DNA of 63,233 bases, counting the filler, from Licmophora abbreviata (Eukaryota): the NCBI GenBank assembly GCA_900291995.1. It is 8 parts of 8 records of this genome, joined end to end, with 100 filler letters (N's around TTAATTAATTAA, not from the genome) between each part and the next. Parts side by side here need not be neighbours in the genome. Positions count along the whole stretch, not along the records: positions 58,529 to 59,991 come from OLMU01003138.1; positions 60,092 to 63,233 come from OLMU01003140.1; 6 more parts are not named here. One strand, written 5' to 3'. Position numbers and translations under genes: made by a program. Below the pieces are notes generated by a model that was given only the letters and a program-made list of their open reading frames with translations, did not search any database and was not told the DNA's origin. Below are positions 58,737-63,233 of this stretch, piece by piece (within the stretch, counting starts at the first letter, position 1; every line of letters starts with the position of its first letter).

Positions 58737-59699
58737 CTAACCGTTGCTCTTCTCGAAACCACCCTCCCGATCATACTCTTGCTTCAAGAACACCTTGTGG
58801 CATCCCAATAGAACCAAAATGGACATAGTCGTTGCATACAAAGAGAACCAAGCAGGATCCTCTTCGAATGGACGCGCCCAATGAAGCAAGCATGCTACCA
58901 TTGTCCACAACACGTATTTATCGAGCTTCATTATCCCAAACCTCAGAATCACCGCTATATTGGCAAACGAGCTTATCATGAAATATGAAGCGGTGCTGGT
59001 TCGAACGATCTCGTAGACTGTCACACACGCTCCGAACACGAGCATGAGCGCATACAGAGCCACACCAATACCATGTGAGGCCACATTTTTCCGTTGCAGT
59101 GTCATCAGAAATGCGTTGAACTGAATAATGAAGACAATCACAAAGTGATAGGAATAGCGTCTTTGTTCGTATAAACATCCGGCCGTTGCGTAGATTTGAA
59201 AGACTGAAAAGATGTATCGAACGGCTGGATGCGTACCCAGATCACGAATTGTATTGGACCGATTCGATTCTCCGACAAGATTGGAGCCCAAGTCGGCGGC
59301 CTTACAGGTTGCAAGTACCACCAAAGTAACCATAGCATGTGTCGGGAGACATTCGGGAATATCGTTCACCATATTGAAGTACGTGACCGCCATGAGTGCC
59401 AGGGATCGAGAGGCAAAAGCGATCGAGTGCAATCGGTATTCGGGCCAGATGCGAAAGGCTTTTCCACCCATTCTCTTGGAAGGTATTTCAAACAGCAGCG
59501 AAGACAAAGACAGCAGAAGGTGTAGCAATATGGTCAGCGGAGTTGCGACAGACGCACTGTCAAAGCCCATGTCCTGTTCGCCGATCCTGGAGAACCTCGT
59601 GACGAACGAAATCAAGCAGCTCAAACCAAGTAGCTTGTGTAGAAAGAAGACATCCTCCTCACTCGACAGAAGTTTCGCCGCAAAAGTGTGCGACGTCAT
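58737..59699 (-). CDS. Uncharacterised multipass membrane protein, homolog of the membrane domain of 12811-14217
   Basis: EDVFFLHKLLG, IWPEYRLHSIAFASRS, IQFNAFLMTLQRK, DKYVLW. Confidence 0.8.
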   Translation of the reverse strand: MTSHTFAAKLLSSEEDVFFLHKLLGLSCLISFVTRFSRIGEQDMGFDSASVATPLTILLHLLLSLSSLLFEIPSKRMGGKAFRIWPEYRLHSIAFASRSLALMAVTYFNMVNDIPECLPTHAMVTLVVLATCKAADLGSNLVGESNRSNTIRDLGTHPAVRYIFSVFQIYATAGCLYEQRRYSYHFVIVFIIQFNAFLMTLQRKNVASHGIGVALYALMLVFGACVTVYEIVRTSTASYFMISSFANIAVILRFGIMKLDKYVLWTMVACLLHWARPFEEDPAWFSLYATTMSILVLLGCHKVFLKQEYDREGGFEKSNG

Positions 59700-59991
59700 C
59701 TTACGTGATATGGAGACGAATCAATCGTCGCTTGGACAACACTCAGGAGCCGACTCTGCAGTCTCGACCTGTTTTGGTCTCATGTTGAGAGTGTGATGGC
59801 GATCTCTTTGACTTTTGTTCTTCGACGTGAGACGGCAGACGGCACCCCATAGCCGGGGCGGGAGGCCAGACAGTCATGCCGGCTTTTTGTGTATCCGTCG
59901 ACGTTCATATATATTCCAGTCAATTTCCCAGAGTAGTCTATGTCTAACAGTGATATGATCTCTCAATATAGTATTAATATCGAATACTGAG

Positions 59992-60091
59992 NNNNNNNNN
60001 NNNNNNNNNNNNNNNNNNNNNNNNNNNNNNNNNNNTTAATTAATTAANNNNNNNNNNNNNNNNNNNNNNNNNNNNNNNNNNNNNNNNNNNN
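59992..60091. other. Artificial scaffold gap linker
   Basis: N44-TTAATTAATTAA-N44. Confidence 0.97.
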
Positions 60092-60296
60092 GAATCTGTG
60101 TTGGATCTTTGTACGACGGTGAGGCTGTGAAGCGACGAGAAGTGTTTATGGCTCCCGTGTGGAGAAGTACAGACTTGATCTGACCGCGGTCAATACTGCA
60201 GCGTGTTCACGACCATGGCGAACGATACGGCCGTCGTATCGTACTGTGTCCTTTGCTCCTCGTCTCTGCTATTTATAAAGATCGATTCCATCTGCC

Positions 60297-61753
60297 ATGT
60301 CCTCTGCGGTTACAGCGACTCTTGATTTAGACTCGTTGGCGTCCAAATACGAAGGCGAGACGAAGCTGCAGCGATTGATCTTCTGGTCCCGCCACTCGGC
60401 TCTCTCGGAAGCGCAGCACCAGCAGTGCCAGACCCTGGCCTTGCAACACATTCAAAGCACGGGTGGACACTACAAACTCCACGAAACCCTCTTTTCTCAT
60501 CTGCCTTCCAGTTCACATGACTCTGCTGCTAGACATCAACAACAACAGCAGGAGGAACAGGCGCAGCTCGCGGTGCTGGAAGCACGCTTGTCCTCGGCGC
60601 AGGCGCAGCTGCACAAGGACAGCATTCGCAGTGCCTACTTGAATCTCGCGCAGTTTCAGCACTCCAAGGGGAATCTTTTAGAGGCCTTTAAGAAAGTACT
60701 GCGATCGCGGGACTACTGCTCTACGCGGACGCAAACGGGACACGTGTGTCTGCTTGTCATCGAACTGTCGCTGGATCTGCGTGAGTGTGAAAGCATGATG
60801 AGAAACAGCAGCACGTACGCACTGCACAATCTTGCCTCATTCATAGTTCCTTTCTATTTCAATTACAAAAAATCCTAGACAAGTGGAGTCAAGTGCGCGA
60901 ATACGTCAACAAGGCTCAGCATGCTTCCTTGGATCCATCCGACGAGCCAAAGCTCCCCGTCGCCCAGGGCCTCGCCTTCATGATGGAAGGCAACTTTTCC
61001 GAAGCGTCCAGGGCGTTTGCAAAGGTCATACAGCCACCCGCGCAATGGCGCAAGGCGGTGGCGCCCGAGGACGTTACGGCGTACGCGTGTCTACTCGCGC
61101 TGAGTGAGTTCTCGCGGGACGAGCTGGTGGATTTTTTGGATTCCAAGTCTCATCTTGAGCTGCAGCCTCGGTTGCACCAAGCGTTGCGTGAATTCGTAGT
61201 CAAGGCCAACTACAAGTGCTGTCTAGATACGATTCGAGGGATGTACGACCTCTTGGATATGGACATTTATTTGCATCCTCATTTAGAAAAGCTCCAACAG
61301 AAGATCTGGCATCGATCGATTGTGGACTATGCCCGGCCATTTTGTAAACTCAGCGTGCCCACATTGTGCTCGACATTTGGACTGAACCCATCTACTGATA
61401 CCCAACGATTACAACTCATGCTGGTGGAACTCATCGGAGAGGGCAAGCTGCCGCATCGGAGTCTGAACGTGCGTGCGCAGACGTTGGAGTACGAGGATGA
61501 TGGGGACAAGAGTATGGCCGCACTGCAACCGACGCAAACCAAGTTGGCGCTCTTGGAGGAAGCTGTTCTGAATGATGTGTACAGCATGATTGTGCGATTG
61601 GCGTGCCTCGAGAACCTATCGGATCGAGATCAACAAGTTTCAGCAGAAGCGAGTCGTGTCATGGGCGGTGGTATTGGCGATGTCGTCATGAGCGATGACG
61701 ACGACGATTTGGTTGCTATCGCAGCCGCGAATCCCGATGACGATATGTTCTGA
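60297..61753 (+). CDS. CSN1: COP9 signalosome subunit 1 (divergent PCI protein)
   Basis: YEGETKLQRLIF, KDSIRSAY, RSRDYC, EDVTAYACLLAL, DIYLHPH; intron 60781-60878. Confidence 0.82.
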
Positions 61754-61899
61754 GAGGAAACTATTTGCTAACCTACTAAAGTTGCATTATTCATCACGGG
61801 GAGTAGGCGGGCGTAGTGTGCTCTACTGTCGATGTAAGGTCTATCGGCGTCATGTATTGATGCAAGTCTCGAATCTTGCTACCATCCCACATCTCCTTG

Positions 61900-62952
61900 T
61901 CATCTTGTTGCGAAGAATCCTTTGCGGAGTTTGAGGAAGGAGTAGATTTGTGCCAGCCCCCATGTTCCATCCCACCGCACTGGTTCCTTGTGAAAGGTGA
62001 CAAAACGATGGTGCTCGACTTGCTGAAAGAATTGCGTCATGTTGTCGTGTCCGCCATGTACTTCTATCAGGAGCTGCCCCATGTCCATTTCCAAAAGCTC
62101 GGGAAACAGATTCCATTCACACCCTGCACAATTCAATACGAACAAGTCAATCGTTCGTCCTTGATGGTTTAATGCCTCCATTGTATCGGAAATCGAAAGG
62201 AGCTGTAGCTCGGATTTTGATATATTGCTATTTGCTTGCTTCGTGAACCCCCATGGATGCAAGAGTATTGACGCCATTTCTTCAGCCGGATTGGTTGTGT
62301 TTAGACTTGTCGTTACACTTGGTGAAAGAAACTGACTTGTGGTGTTCGTTGGGTCAAAAACATGTATTTCGCACGACTTATGGATGAGTGGACGTAAGAA
62401 TTTCTCAAGCAGCAGTCGGTTGGGTGGATCTGAGGAGTAAATGAGACAGTTGTGCTTGTGCTGGAGATGGCTCGTTGCTCCGCACATTGTATAAGAGCCA
62501 ATGGTCTGCTCATGAGGACATTCAAAATTGACGTTCCAGTTGGAATTATACCATGACACGATCTCTGCCGACTCTTTTGGTAATAGCTCATTCAGGGAAC
62601 CTCCATGTGTTTGATGCCAGTACTCTTGTCGGTCCATCCAGCGGTGATTGGTCTCGTCAATGAGCCCATACGACTGCCACAGAGACAGAGCGGTGCTGTT
62701 GTCATTGATGAAGTGTCGAATTGCTGACGCATTCTGAAATGTTGCATATGCAACTAGGATGATCGTTGTAGACAAGAAGAGCTGTCGTCTGGAACACTTG
62801 CAGCAGCAAGTACAGAGAAAGCAGCAGAGCTTCCACCACCAGGGTCTATTCGGTTTCGGCTGGTTCTCCGGCAACAGATGCGAAGTATCTTCCTCGGTGT
62901 ACCTCGATCGGAACTTGGGAATCTCCTGTACATAATCTGATCTCTTTGGCAT
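61900..62952 (-). CDS. Type-II membrane methyltransferase-like protein (Methyltransf_22/FkbM-like)
   Basis: TM anchor; NFECPHE, CLIYS, CEIHVFDP, HPWG, TIDLFVLNCAGCEW, QLLIEVH, FHKEP. Confidence 0.8.
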   Translation of the reverse strand: MPKRSDYVQEIPKFRSRYTEEDTSHLLPENQPKPNRPWWWKLCCFLCTCCCKCSRRQLFLSTTIILVAYATFQNASAIRHFINDNSTALSLWQSYGLIDETNHRWMDRQEYWHQTHGGSLNELLPKESAEIVSWYNSNWNVNFECPHEQTIGSYTMCGATSHLQHKHNCLIYSSDPPNRLLLEKFLRPLIHKSCEIHVFDPTNTTSQFLSPSVTTSLNTTNPAEEMASILLHPWGFTKQANSNISKSELQLLSISDTMEALNHQGRTIDLFVLNCAGCEWNLFPELLEMDMGQLLIEVHGGHDNMTQFFQQVEHHRFVTFHKEPVRWDGTWGLAQIYSFLKLRKGFFATR

Positions 62953-63233
62953 GGTGAATTGATCCAGACAGAGGTAAAACACGGGTCTTGCGAAAGTGAG
63001 GGCGTGTAAGGCGGACTGTCATCGCGTAAAAATGTGACGGGCTTCGAATGACCGTGTTTCGGTCGCGATGACCTTTTCCCAGTAGGGAGCTCGGCGCGCG
63101 CGCGCGAGTCAGCACTGTCTCAAAGATGCCCACAGCGGGAAACATGCACAGAAGAGTGATGGGTGATGGGCAATCAATAAATGAAGTGAAAGCACGCAAT
63201 GAGCACAAAGTCATGGCTGGGAAGAGGGAGAGA

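Noticed and set aside
58529..58774. Short minus-strand ORF running into the gap, as a frameshifted extension of 58737-59699 or a separate gene
   Set aside because: No motif support; the upstream gene ends close to where its homolog ends; cannot be resolved because of the gap.

Overview
Gene-dense eukaryotic DNA, most likely from a pennate diatom. This is inferred from short (~75-110 nt) GT-AG introns, signal peptide + F-initiated plastid presequences (CSA-FVP, VEC-FTP), RxL-motif Pro/Thr/Ser-rich surface proteins and very short intergenic spacers. About 30 protein-coding genes are present. Housekeeping genes include eIF2B-delta, RRP3/DDX47, NOPCHAP1-like, an RluA pseudouridine synthase, CCT3, NVL/Rix7, CSN1, PITHD1, a DAG kinase and two paralogous HECT E3 ligases. 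There are also several plastid proteins and a group of type-I membrane/secreted proteins. Seven identical 100-nt artificial gap linkers (N44-TTAATTAATTAA-N44) interrupt the sequence; at least two fall inside genes that read straight through them. Four otherwise intact genes carry single-base frameshifts, probably consensus errors. No rRNA, tRNA, CRISPR array or recognisable transposon was seen. The most interesting candidates are: (1) two members of an uncharacterised His-conserved multipass membrane family, one fused to cytochrome b5 and plastid-targeted; (2) a mitochondrial-carrier-fold protein with a twin-arginine-like signal and GGxGY beta repeats; (3) a single-chain cNMP-regulated kinase with cAMP-type binding cassettes; (4) HECT ligases with an unnamed triple ~40-aa repeat; (5) RxL-containing receptor-like proteins, one with a cytosolic PDZ domain.
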